From contig JAUMVK010000011.1 of NCBI GenBank assembly GCA_030530205.1, positions 24,887 to 88,886 on the forward strand: 64,000 nucleotides of DNA. The letters run 5' to 3'. The stretch's first letter is position 1, and every line of letters starts with the position of its first letter. The stretch is from Thermoguttaceae bacterium. GTDB taxonomy: Bacteria; Planctomycetota; Planctomycetia; Pirellulales; Thermoguttaceae. The notes under the pieces were generated by a model. It worked only from the letters and a program-made list of their open reading frames with translations. It had not been told where the DNA came from and searched no databases. The position numbers were made by a program, and so were the translations under genes. Shown here one piece after another: positions 28,052-36,471 of the stretch.

Positions 28052-28131
28052 CGGGAATACGGTGGTCTGTGGGAGGGATTGGGCTGGGAACAGCGCCCCA
28101 GCCCGTGTGATCCGTTAAAGGGCTTCGGATT

Positions 28132-28818
28132 CTAAATCTGCCGCCACTTCTTCATCCCCTCCCAATCCCGCGGAACGTCTTCGCCCGGACGAGAGACCGA
28201 CACCCGAATGACCGAGGCGGAGAGCCACTGGAAGAACTCCTGGAAGCAGAGTCCGCGCAGACGCAGCGGAGTGCCTGTCGTAAACTTCTGCAACATTCTC
28301 ATGTCCGTATCGTTACCGATAGCGATGGGGTAAACGACCAGTTTTCCGGACCGTTCGAGTTCCCAGCAGCGCCGAGCGGCCTGGTCGGTCACCATGGACG
28401 ATTCACCGCACGGCTGACCATCCGTCATCAGGACGAGCCACGGCTGGTAGTAATCGACTCCGACCATCTTGAGGCATTTCTTTTGGCGTTCCAGCGTGTC
28501 GAGAGCCAGATTCACACCGGTTCCAAGGACGGTACAGCCACTGGCGCCTGGAATTTGCGGCGTCCGACGGCACGAGCCGATGGTCTTGAAGTCCTGAATG
28601 AGGTTGGCTTGTGAAGAGAATGTGACGATCGCTGCCTCGGCGCTCGACGAGGCGGTGCAATCCATCCGGACCGACTCGTAGAATTTGGTGATTCCACGAT
28701 TCAGCTCGTTCAGTTTTTCACCAGCCATCGAGCCGGAAGTGTCGAGGCAGAGGGTGATCGGGACGCGCGGCGCCGGGTTGTTGAGGAGATCGTCAAGTTT
28801 GATCCGAAGATTTGCCAT
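28132..28818 (-). CDS. vWA-domain protein, TerY-like
   Basis: The start MANLRI at 28818 follows an AGAGG RBS. MIDAS motif LCLDTSGSM. 228 aa. Confidence 0.8.
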   Translation of the reverse strand: MANLRIKLDDLLNNPAPRVPITLCLDTSGSMAGEKLNELNRGITKFYESVRMDCTASSSAEAAIVTFSSQANLIQDFKTIGSCRRTPQIPGASGCTVLGTGVNLALDTLERQKKCLKMVGVDYYQPWLVLMTDGQPCGESSMVTDQAARRCWELERSGKLVVYPIAIGNDTDMRMLQKFTTGTPLRLRGLCFQEFFQWLSASVIRVSVSRPGEDVPRDWEGMKKWRQI

Positions 28819-28927
28819 AATTAAACCTCTTTGAAAAAATGAAATGAAATGGGAAATGTTTTGACTTTTCGTTATTTTGCAGACGTGACGAATTAAAACC
28901 ATCACGTCTTGAGGACTGCGACATGAT

Positions 28928-30781
28928 TCAGGGATTCCATCCGAAGAGTCGGCCCAGGAAGGAAAAAATGTCTGGGGACTGATTCGGTTTTGTCTGTTTG
29001 GATTGTTTGGGTGGCGTGTAAACAGGAGCCTGAACATAAACTACTGACTGCTGAGGATTCACCGCTTGAGGGGTCCTTGTCACAGATATATCCATATTCA
29101 TCTTCGCCTCCAACGCTTCAAGGTGGGCCTCAAGGTCCGTTTTCCCGTCAGTGCGCAACTGGTTCATTGGATTGGTGTTGTTTTTGATCCGGCGGCGGTT
29201 GTGGGGGAAAATCATCAGATCAAAACCGTATTTTTGACTGGGGCCTACAAAGGTTTCACGAGGATCTTTAAGGATGGTACAGTAACGATTGAACAGCCGC
29301 TGCCAGTTTTTGATAGTTGTCCGCGGTTTCCCGAAACCGTCCTTGTGGAAACAGTTAAAAAAACTGTCTTTGATCGGTCGCGGAAGATGAGACCAGCAGT
29401 AACGCCATTTCCCCTCGGGAACGCAGTCGGAGTGCCTTTCGCCGAGAGCGTAAGGAAAATGTCCTTTACGGATGTTCTCATCCGGGGCGCCGCCGCCCTG
29501 GTGCGAGTACGGATGCTTGCCCGGCAGCATGATCATGAAAAGGAGGATAGCCACGGAAAAAAGCTCGTTTTCCATCGTGCGAAGCGTGCTTCCCAACTGG
29601 GTTCCGTGGAGTTCCGGCGCGGTATAGCTCGGTACTCCGACCGGGCACGGGAACCCTTCGACCTGGAAACTGTCGCAGTCCACGAACCAGACGGACGTTG
29701 GGCTTTCGACCAGGATGTTCGCGCTGTTGATGTCACCAATGAGGAGGTTCATGCGGTGTATGTACGAAATCTTTTCAAGGATCGTACAGCACAGCTGGGC
29801 TAATTGCAAACGAGTCCATTCCTTGTGCTGCTCGAGCCAGCCGGGACTCATCGCGGATTCCTGCAATTTGGCCCCTCTTGCTCCCCACATGAGAAAACCG
29901 CGGAATTGGTTCCGGGTGTCATAGACGGACTTGACCGGCAAACAAATTCCTTTCTCCCGCGGAACGGCATGGCTCGCAAGGAGTTCCACCTTGGCCTTGA
30001 GGCAGGTCGTCAGTTTCTCTGGATAATACACCTTGCAGACCATACCGGGGACGTTGGTCTTGTAAACGGCCCCTTCACCTCCCTTGCTGATCTCATCACC
30101 AAGGACAACATTCGGGCAGTTCAAATCGTGAGTATGAACGGTGCTCCCTCTACCTATGGATTCCGTGACCGGAATAGGCTCGGGATTTACCGCTTCCGGG
30201 GCGAGCGCGACGCTTTTCCGAAAGGGGGTTGGAAAGCTTTCCTTCTCGTTCCGGGTTTTCTGATCGCGTTTTGTGCCGGACGATTGTCTCATCTGATGGC
30301 GGCGAAGAAGAGTATGGTCTTTCAGTTCTCCCCCCTCCAGAGCCAGGACCGTGATCTTGTGGTTGTGATAGATCGATTTTTGAGACAGGATGTCATAAAG
30401 ATCTTCACCGAGGCCACGGTCGTTCGTGATAACAACGATGTCCTTCTCGGAGTGATATTTCTGAACCGCGGCCAGAATAACAGCATCGCTATGAGTGACC
30501 GTATTCAACGCAAGCTCGCAGAAATCCATAAGGCCTTGCGCTCTGAATCGCTTGACAAGCCTCAAACTATTGTGGGCGCTTGCCGCTTTTTTTGAAATCC
30601 GGGCCAGTTTCTGGAGTTCATCCCAGACCGTTTTCAGAAGGATGATGGGGTTGCCGCGGAGCAGAGGGCTCAACATGTTCATCATCTTTTCGAACTCATC
30701 ATCCATAACGACACAGGTGTCAATCAGAATGAGTCCTTTAGAAAAAAGGGCCGAAAAGTTCTGAGTCTTGTTGTTTTTCAT
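28928..30781 (-). CDS. Ser/Thr protein kinase (YegI-like) with N-terminal PIN-like domain
   Basis: The ATG at 30781 follows an AAGGAAG RBS. The N-terminal ~170 aa carry LIDTCVVMDD...VITNDRGL (PIN-like acidic residues). The kinase core carries GGEGAVYK, CKVY, IGDINSANILV, VDCDSF and YTAPE. Confidence 0.75.
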   Translation of the reverse strand: MKNNKTQNFSALFSKGLILIDTCVVMDDEFEKMMNMLSPLLRGNPIILLKTVWDELQKLARISKKAASAHNSLRLVKRFRAQGLMDFCELALNTVTHSDAVILAAVQKYHSEKDIVVITNDRGLGEDLYDILSQKSIYHNHKITVLALEGGELKDHTLLRRHQMRQSSGTKRDQKTRNEKESFPTPFRKSVALAPEAVNPEPIPVTESIGRGSTVHTHDLNCPNVVLGDEISKGGEGAVYKTNVPGMVCKVYYPEKLTTCLKAKVELLASHAVPREKGICLPVKSVYDTRNQFRGFLMWGARGAKLQESAMSPGWLEQHKEWTRLQLAQLCCTILEKISYIHRMNLLIGDINSANILVESPTSVWFVDCDSFQVEGFPCPVGVPSYTAPELHGTQLGSTLRTMENELFSVAILLFMIMLPGKHPYSHQGGGAPDENIRKGHFPYALGERHSDCVPEGKWRYCWSHLPRPIKDSFFNCFHKDGFGKPRTTIKNWQRLFNRYCTILKDPRETFVGPSQKYGFDLMIFPHNRRRIKNNTNPMNQLRTDGKTDLEAHLEALEAKMNMDISVTRTPQAVNPQQSVVYVQAPVYTPPKQSKQTKPNQSPDIFSFLGRLFGWNP

Positions 30782-31471
30782 TTTCGCTTCCTTGTTGTTA
30801 GGGGTTCGAATAACCATCTATCATAATAAACTCGCAAGTGTGGCATAATGACAAAAAATTTTTGAAATTCTTAAAAAATTTTTTTGTTGCTATACCGTTG
30901 GTTTTGTCTTCTGATAATAATAACCTTCCCAATGGGATGATCTTCCAGAAAAAATGTCAATTTTTAAGATTTTCTGTAAAAAAAGGCCCCACTTGGGAGA
31001 AGGGCGTGGTCCAAAAAAAAATTATTGAAGGTCGTGAAATTGTGTTCAGTAAGGGGCGTGACTCGTTGGATCCAAGCTCTCCTTCTTATGCCCCCCTTAG
31101 TTTTCTCGAGAGAAGGGTGTTTTGGTGGACACGGCAAACCCTGAGAATCTGTAAGGTTTCAGTATGGATAAAACTGTAAAGAATAATTAAAATCTGACAA
31201 ACCAATACGATTTTCTAAAAAATCGGGAAAGGCCTCCTCCGGACCCTTGCGACCCAAGAAAAAGCATCCGTTAGCCATTTTTTTGCCGTCCGCTAATGAG
31301 AGATACCTCATTAACTTTTCATACTATAATCCATTCCTTTCTGTTAGTCTGCACATTGGTCACAATTCGGGTTTACAGGAGACTTTTCTCAGGTTCTGAC
31401 CAAGCCGGTTTGCTCCGAAAGTCAGAACCTGGACCCATCTTGTCAATTCCGATCCGCAGGCCATGGTATTC

Positions 31472-32605
31472 TTACTTCCAGCAAGCGTCAACACCGGCTC
31501 GGACCGCTTTGTCCCCTGCGAAGTAACCGCCGATGGCTCCCGCGACTCCGCCAACGAATCCGCCGACAGCTGTTCCGAAGATCGGAACGACAGAACCGAC
31601 GGCCGCTCCGGCTGCCGCTCCGCCGTAGGCTCCTGCAGCTGCGCCGCTCATTCCTCCGGCAAAGCTGCCCGCGTTTTTCACGTGGGATTTCACGCGCTCG
31701 TTTTGGGTGATTTGGCCGTTCTTGTACTGGGTCTCAACCTGATAGGCTTCGTAACCGCGGACTCCAACATCGACTCCCACCCCAACAGCGCCGGCACATT
31801 TAGCGAATGTACATGCCGCTGAAGCTGCTTTCACGCTTTCCGCAGCGGCGCGGGTACCTTCCGCGGCAGCACGGGTCCCTTTCGCGGTATTCGAGAGCGT
31901 CTTTGTACCAGCGCGAAGGGCCACCGAATCCTCACGGATCTCTTCAGCCCACTTGAAAGACATTTTATTCAAAGAGGTTCTGGCCATGCTGGCAGCTTCC
32001 TGCGAGCAGGTTTTCATGCTTTTCCATCCGGGCAGTTCCGGCTTTCCAAGGACGTGTTCCGTGACGGCGACGTCAATGTTCATCTCCCCCTTTGCCGCTG
32101 CTTCGAGGACCTGCCGGGCCACGCGCTTCTCGGTCTCGGAAGCCGCCGAGGAGTTCAGCGTATCCACCGCAGCGTCGATCGCCCATTCGGGTGTGCCCTG
32201 CTTGTGGTGGAAACGGTTCGGGCGCAGTTTCGGATTACGATTCTCCTCAATACCCTTCGCCTCGATGACATGGATCTTTCCATCATTACTTCGCCAGACC
32301 TGATCAAATCCCTGCGAATGATTTTTCCCTTTGTCGCCTTTTCTCAGCAACGGTTCCCAGCCCTTTTCGCGGCAAAGACGTTCCGCGCCTTCCTCGCCGA
32401 TCTCTTCGGAGATGAGGACTTGCCCTTGGATATCCAGATTCCGGACGCACTCCATGTAACGCTCGCGGTAGGCCAGCGCTTCCTCCTCTGAGAAACAGTG
32501 CGCAGAGACCTCCATGACAGTCCCCTGCGCCTGCACAGCCTCAACATTCCAACCACCAATCAGAACCAGAACGGACAGAACAACCAAAACCAACGAATTC
32601 ATCAT
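31472..32605 (-). CDS. Secreted protein: restriction-endonuclease-like N-domain + C-terminal glycine zipper
   Basis: Signal peptide. GFDQVW...DGKIHVIEAKG is a D...ExK-like block. The C-terminal ~70 aa, GGMSGAAAGAYGGAAAGAAVGSVVPIFGTAVGGFVGGVAGAIGGYFAG, form a glycine zipper. Confidence 0.55.
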   Translation of the reverse strand: MMNSLVLVVLSVLVLIGGWNVEAVQAQGTVMEVSAHCFSEEEALAYRERYMECVRNLDIQGQVLISEEIGEEGAERLCREKGWEPLLRKGDKGKNHSQGFDQVWRSNDGKIHVIEAKGIEENRNPKLRPNRFHHKQGTPEWAIDAAVDTLNSSAASETEKRVARQVLEAAAKGEMNIDVAVTEHVLGKPELPGWKSMKTCSQEAASMARTSLNKMSFKWAEEIREDSVALRAGTKTLSNTAKGTRAAAEGTRAAAESVKAASAACTFAKCAGAVGVGVDVGVRGYEAYQVETQYKNGQITQNERVKSHVKNAGSFAGGMSGAAAGAYGGAAAGAAVGSVVPIFGTAVGGFVGGVAGAIGGYFAGDKAVRAGVDACWK

Positions 32606-32725
32606 ATTTGAATCTCCTTGTTTATGTGACTTAAAAACCTTTTACCTGATATAATACTCAAGTGAGTGAAATTCCCAAAATTTCTCAAAAATTTTAAAAT
32701 TTTTTGTTTTGGGGGTGGGAAACCC

Positions 32726-32753
32726 TTGACAACCCTTTCGCGTCTGATATAAT
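32726..32753 (+). promoter_or_regulatory. Near-consensus sigma70-type promoter facing the CRISPR mini-array
   Basis: TTGACA (32726..32731), a 16-bp spacer, then TGaTATAAT (extended -10, TATAAT at 32748..32753). Confidence 0.5.
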
Positions 32754-32850
32754 AAAAGCATTAGTGAGGGAAAAATCTCATTTTCTTTGACAATTTGTGA
32801 TTTGAATTAAAGAATTCGATTCAGGGGCGGGATAAACCGTTTTCCCGTCC

Positions 32851-33090
32851 CGTACACCGATTGCACGGATTTGACAGGGTTATAACTCGATGAACTGCTT
32901 TTCTCCGATGTAGCCAAGGGTGTACAGGGTGCCTGGATTTGACAGGGTTACAGCGTATAAAAACCTTTATGCTGCTTGACAGTGACGGTGTACAGGGTGC
33001 CTGGATTTGACAGGGTTACAGCGCGGCCCCATCAATCGTGTTCCGCAGCTTTTCGGTGTACAGGGTGCCTGGATTTGACAGGGTTACAGC
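32851..33090. CRISPR. Orphan CRISPR mini-array: 4 x 36-bp repeats (first degenerate), 3 x 32-bp spacers
   Basis: Three identical copies of GGTGTACAGGGTGCCTGGATTTGACAGGGTTACAGC at 32919, 32987 and 33055. A degenerate copy CGTACACCGATTGCACGGATTTGACAGGGTTATAAC is at 32851. Spacers are unique and exactly 32 bp. No cas gene is in the window. Confidence 0.75.
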
Positions 33091-33140
33091 CTATGTTTTA
33101 GTTTAACCGCTAAAACACGAGGTTTAGTCCCTGATACACC

Positions 33141-33196
33141 AAAAAAAAATGACATTTTTCGCCCTCGCAAGGGGGTGGAAAATGTCATTTTTTTTG
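33141..33196. terminator. Bidirectional intrinsic terminator
   Basis: AAAAAAAAATGACATTTTTC-GCCCTCGCAAGGGGG-TGGAAAATGTCATTTTTTTT: a nested GC stem flanked by A and T tracts. Confidence 0.7.
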
Positions 33197-33334
33197 AGCT
33201 CAGCCATCTAAATTCGTCTAAAATCGACCGGTTTCGGGTCGATCTTTGAACCTGATTTTCTGCGAATCCGGACCGCCGATCGTGAAGGCCGGGGTGGTGT
33301 TTCCTTTCCACGACCGGCTGGGTGAAAATTCACG

Positions 33335-33385
33335 AAAAAACCCCGGTTTCGGAGCGTTGTTTCTGCTCTGAAACCGGGGTTTTTG
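33335..33385. terminator. Bidirectional intrinsic terminator downstream of the integrase remnant
   Basis: AAAAAACCCCGGTTTC...GAAACCGGGGTTTTTG: a 14-bp stem with flanking A and T runs. Confidence 0.75.
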
Positions 33386-33399
33386 TTATGGTTCCCGCG

Positions 33400-33837
33400 T
33401 CACTCGAACTGATGGATCAATCCCGCGATCGCGTCGCCGCAGGCTTTATCCCGTTCCCGCACGAACCGCAGCGTCTTTTCCACCTCGGAGTGGTCGTAGA
33501 TCTGCGTGGTCTGCGTCGTCGAATGCCCCAGGGCGGTCGCGGCATCATCACGGCTCATCAGCAGGGAGAGGAAGGTTGCGGTCGCGTGTCGCAGCTGGTA
33601 CGGCGTCCACCCGGACCACGGTCCCGGCCGGAATTCGATCAACGGCTATGCTCCGGACCTGGCTATGCTTCGCATCCTCCCTGATCGCGATTTCCGCTTC
33701 CAGCATCCGCACGAGTTTTTCTTTTGCTTTTTCTTCGTCCCGGGCCAAATAGACTTTTTTCCGTCTTTGTAGCAAAAAAAGTCACCGTTGGCGCCTTTTT
33801 TAATGACCGGCAATTCAGATTTTTTTCTTTTCGGCAT
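33400..33837 (-). pseudogene. Tyrosine recombinase (phage integrase), frameshifted and internally deleted
   Basis: The C-terminal frame has YQLRHATATF...LGHSTTQTTQIYDH (R-H-...-Y catalytic region). The N-terminal MPKRKKSELPVI.. segment is in another frame. The total is far shorter than a functional integrase. Confidence 0.75.
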
Positions 33838-34207
33838 ATACTAAAATCCTTTCCTAAAACCAGAGTACTCTGGTTTTTTTACCGGAGTATCGCCCGAAAC
33901 CTTTTAACATAAAAAAAGGTTTCACCCCGCAAAACACGAAATGAAACCCAAGTGGGCGTTGCTGAACTCGAATCAGTGACCTCTGCGGTGTGAGCGACTA
34001 AATTGGAGCGGCTTTTTTCACCCTTTTTTCGATTGCGCGGTATGTATTCCATTTCCATTTCAGGTCTATTTTTGCGGGATCCAATCGTGATTCCCGTCTC
34101 AAAAACGTGTTTTTCTCAAAAGTATGCAAAACTATGCAAAAACCGGCAGAACTATGCAAAAACGAGGTATGACAGCCAATAAAAAACCCCGCATTGAGCG
34201 GGGTTCG

Positions 34208-34444
34208 TCACTTGCTTTTACGACCGGCGGCCAGCGCCTCACGAATGGCGTCCTGGACCGCGGCACGGATCACCTCGTGCAGCGCTTCGGCCAATCGTGA
34301 GGTGGCGTTGGCCGAGCGGCTCAGCTCGTTCGGGATCGCGTGGTCTAGGAACTTGCTGAGTGGCTCCCCGATCTGGGGCAGGAGGGCGTGGACCTCCGGG
34401 CTGAGCGTGCTGGTTACCTGAATGCGCGGCTTGCGTTTCTTCAT
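34208..34444 (-). CDS. Small hypothetical protein, possibly ribbon-helix-helix
   Basis: 78 aa. A basic N-terminus, then RIQVTSTLSPEVHALL (beta-strand + helix pattern). Weak call. Confidence 0.3.
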   Translation of the reverse strand: MKKRKPRIQVTSTLSPEVHALLPQIGEPLSKFLDHAIPNELSRSANATSRLAEALHEVIRAAVQDAIREALAAGRKSK

Positions 34445-34632
34445 TGTGTTTTCTCCGTGGGTTTAGGGTGGCGAGGGAACCGCGTCCCCCGATCGAACAC
34501 GCGCATTATAAAGACTCCCGGAAAAATGTCAATGGGATTTATAGATAATTTGAGTAAAAATCTGAAAATAAAAGTGTCTTTTAGCCTATTTGAAATTTGT
34601 TTCCGGGGTGTTGAAAAAATTCCTCCTCCCAC

Positions 34633-34660
34633 TTGACTTTTCTTTCCTGTCGATTAAAAT
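34633..34660 (+). promoter_or_regulatory. Promoter-like site of the FGE paralog (duplicated at about 53437)
   Basis: TTGACT-16-TAAAAT. The same CCCACTTGACTTTT..TCGATTAAAATGAAG block recurs upstream of 53490. Confidence 0.4.
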
Positions 34661-34688
34661 GAAGGAAGATTATTCAAGGAGGTTAATT

Positions 34689-35741
34689 ATGAAAAAAGTA
34701 CTTGTAATTCTTGCCCTTTTGTTTTTGGGTATCTTTGTGGTATCCTACAGTTGGGCTGGAGAAGTTCGGGTGTGGACTTCGGGTGGGTTCACAGTCAAAG
34801 GTGAGTTTGTCGAACTGACAGAAAATGGTACAATCGTTCGGATTCGCAAAACCAATGGTAAAGTTGTACGGGTCCCTCTGGCAAAACTTTCTGAAGGGGA
34901 TGTGGCTTACGTGAACGAAATGCAGAATCCATTTGTGGAGGAATTGAGTGAGAGTGAAGATACGGAATCCACTGTTGATGATCACCAATTGTCACCTAAG
35001 CCAAATGAGAGCAAAAGTTATGTATTACCTTCTAACCCTAAAGCAGGGGACCGAATTGTTTTGACTGTGAATGGTGTTGATTATGCGTTCCGCTGGTGTC
35101 CGCCAGGTGAATTTATTATGGGATCGGACAATGGTAGGAATAACGAAATGCCTGCTCACAAGGTAAGAATTACCAAGGGCTTCTGGCTTTTAGAGACGGA
35201 AGTCACACAAGCAATGTGGAAGAGTATGGAGAACGTGAATCTGAGTTGGTTCAAAGGAGATCGGAATCCGGTAGAGACAGTAAGCTGGAATGACTGCCAA
35301 GAATTCTGCCAGAAACTCAGCCAGAAGTTAGGCCAGCAAGTCAAGCTCCCGACGGAGGCGCAGTGGGAATATGCCTGCCGTGCTGGTACTACTGGCGATT
35401 ACGAAGTAAATCTTGACGAGATGGGGTGGTACAGAGATAATTCGGATAGAAAAACCCACGCAGTGGGTTTAATGAAGCCGAACGCGTGGGGCTTGTATGA
35501 TATGTACGGCAACGTGTCTGAGTGGTGTTCTGATTATTATTATGAAAAATACTATGACAAATCGCCAATGAACGACCCAGAAAATATATTACCATATGCC
35601 GGAGGTCGAGTGTATCGCGGCGGGAGCTGGCGTCATAGTGCCGGGGGCTATTGGTCGGTATACCGTGATAAGGAGGATGATTCTAAATTCCGGAGTGATA
35701 ACCTCGGCTTTCGTATTTATATAGTTTCCGATCAAGACTAA
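34689..35741 (+). CDS. Exported SHD1-like + FGE (SUMF1) domain protein
   Basis: The ATG at 34689 follows AAGGAGG. Same architecture as 14364..15572 (VRVWTSGGFTVKGEFVELTENGTIVRIRK, RWCPPGEFIMGS, NAWGLYDMYGNVSEWC, RGGSW). Confidence 0.8.
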   Translation: MKKVLVILALLFLGIFVVSYSWAGEVRVWTSGGFTVKGEFVELTENGTIVRIRKTNGKVVRVPLAKLSEGDVAYVNEMQNPFVEELSESEDTESTVDDHQLSPKPNESKSYVLPSNPKAGDRIVLTVNGVDYAFRWCPPGEFIMGSDNGRNNEMPAHKVRITKGFWLLETEVTQAMWKSMENVNLSWFKGDRNPVETVSWNDCQEFCQKLSQKLGQQVKLPTEAQWEYACRAGTTGDYEVNLDEMGWYRDNSDRKTHAVGLMKPNAWGLYDMYGNVSEWCSDYYYEKYYDKSPMNDPENILPYAGGRVYRGGSWRHSAGGYWSVYRDKEDDSKFRSDNLGFRIYIVSDQD

Positions 35742-35763
35742 GCACAGCAAGCCTCCGACAATC

Positions 35764-36291
35764 TCACCTCTCTCCGGTGAGCGGGCGGTAATACGCCAAA
35801 ATCTCGAACGCTCGCCCGCCCGCGCATTGGCAGTAGGTCTGGATCCCGCGGGCTTGCGCCAGGTTCCACATCCGGCGACAGAAGGCCGGGGCGCCGAAAT
35901 CGTTCAGCCCGGTCGGGCCGTAGGTCTGCTCGGTGTTTGGCGCGAGGGTGAAGGTTTCGGTGCGCCAGGTCGCGTTGCGGATCGAGTTCGCGTATTCCGC
36001 GACGAAATCGTTCGGGGAGATGAATTCGCGCCCGTCGATGGTGTCGATCGTCAGGTCCGGGATGGCGTATTCGACCGTGCAATCCCCGCAGCCCGGCACG
36101 AAGTAGTGCCCGCCCCCGCCGGTCGGCATGATGGTCACGAACAGCGTGATCCGGATCGGGTAGAGGTAGGGGTTTTTCATCGTCAAGGTGCTGAATCCGC
36201 CGCTGAGCGTATGGTAAATCGCCAACCACGTCCGTCGATTGAACTTGGAGGTCCCCTCTATGTAGTACGCTGGTTTGAAAAACTCCCACAA
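35764..36291 (-). CDS. Hypothetical protein
   Basis: 175-aa ORF, no recognised domain. A ~70-bp near-identical remnant of its middle part recurs at 54329..54396. Confidence 0.4.
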   Translation of the reverse strand: MWEFFKPAYYIEGTSKFNRRTWLAIYHTLSGGFSTLTMKNPYLYPIRITLFVTIMPTGGGGHYFVPGCGDCTVEYAIPDLTIDTIDGREFISPNDFVAEYANSIRNATWRTETFTLAPNTEQTYGPTGLNDFGAPAFCRRMWNLAQARGIQTYCQCAGGRAFEILAYYRPLTGER

Positions 36292-36471
36292 CCTGTGGGA
36301 GAGATTGGTCTTTTAATCTGTAAAACCCAAGGCGATGCGATTGTGGAAAGGAATCTCTTCGGCACATCGCACGCATCGTCTCGGACCTCTGGCCAATCCA
36401 CTATTTTGGAGAGGGGAACACACACGACTGCGGCAATGCAACCGCAATAAGTCACACAGTGTGTGACCAAT

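Noticed and set aside
30838-31179. The 113-aa ORF between the kinase operon and the glycine-zipper gene, as a possible immunity or regulator gene.
   Set aside because: - The region is AT-rich with homopolymer runs.
- The protein has odd composition.
- No RBS is present.
- It more likely contains the kinase operon promoter. Short GAGAAGGG(C/T)GT repeats were noted but are not interpretable.
33095-33116. GTTTTAG-N8-CTAAAAC as a type II-like CRISPR repeat.
   Set aside because: It is a single copy, only 7 bp per arm, and unrelated to the 36-bp repeat. It is kept only as part of the flanking structure in the mini-array finding.
33084-33311. A 75-aa minus-strand ORF downstream of the CRISPR array.
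   Set aside because: It spans the bidirectional terminator, a poly-A/T tract and a REP-like palindrome. Its composition is implausible.
33950-34012. tRNA-like 3' fragment next to the broken integrase, as a possible att remnant. The minus strand reads ...GGTCACTGATTCGAGTTCAGCAACGCCCA with a TTCGAGT T-loop-like heptamer.
   Set aside because: - The T-stem would have an A:C mismatch.
- It has A:T instead of the near-invariant G53:C61 pair.
- No anticodon or D arm can be folded.
- No second copy of the segment was seen in the window to define att sites.
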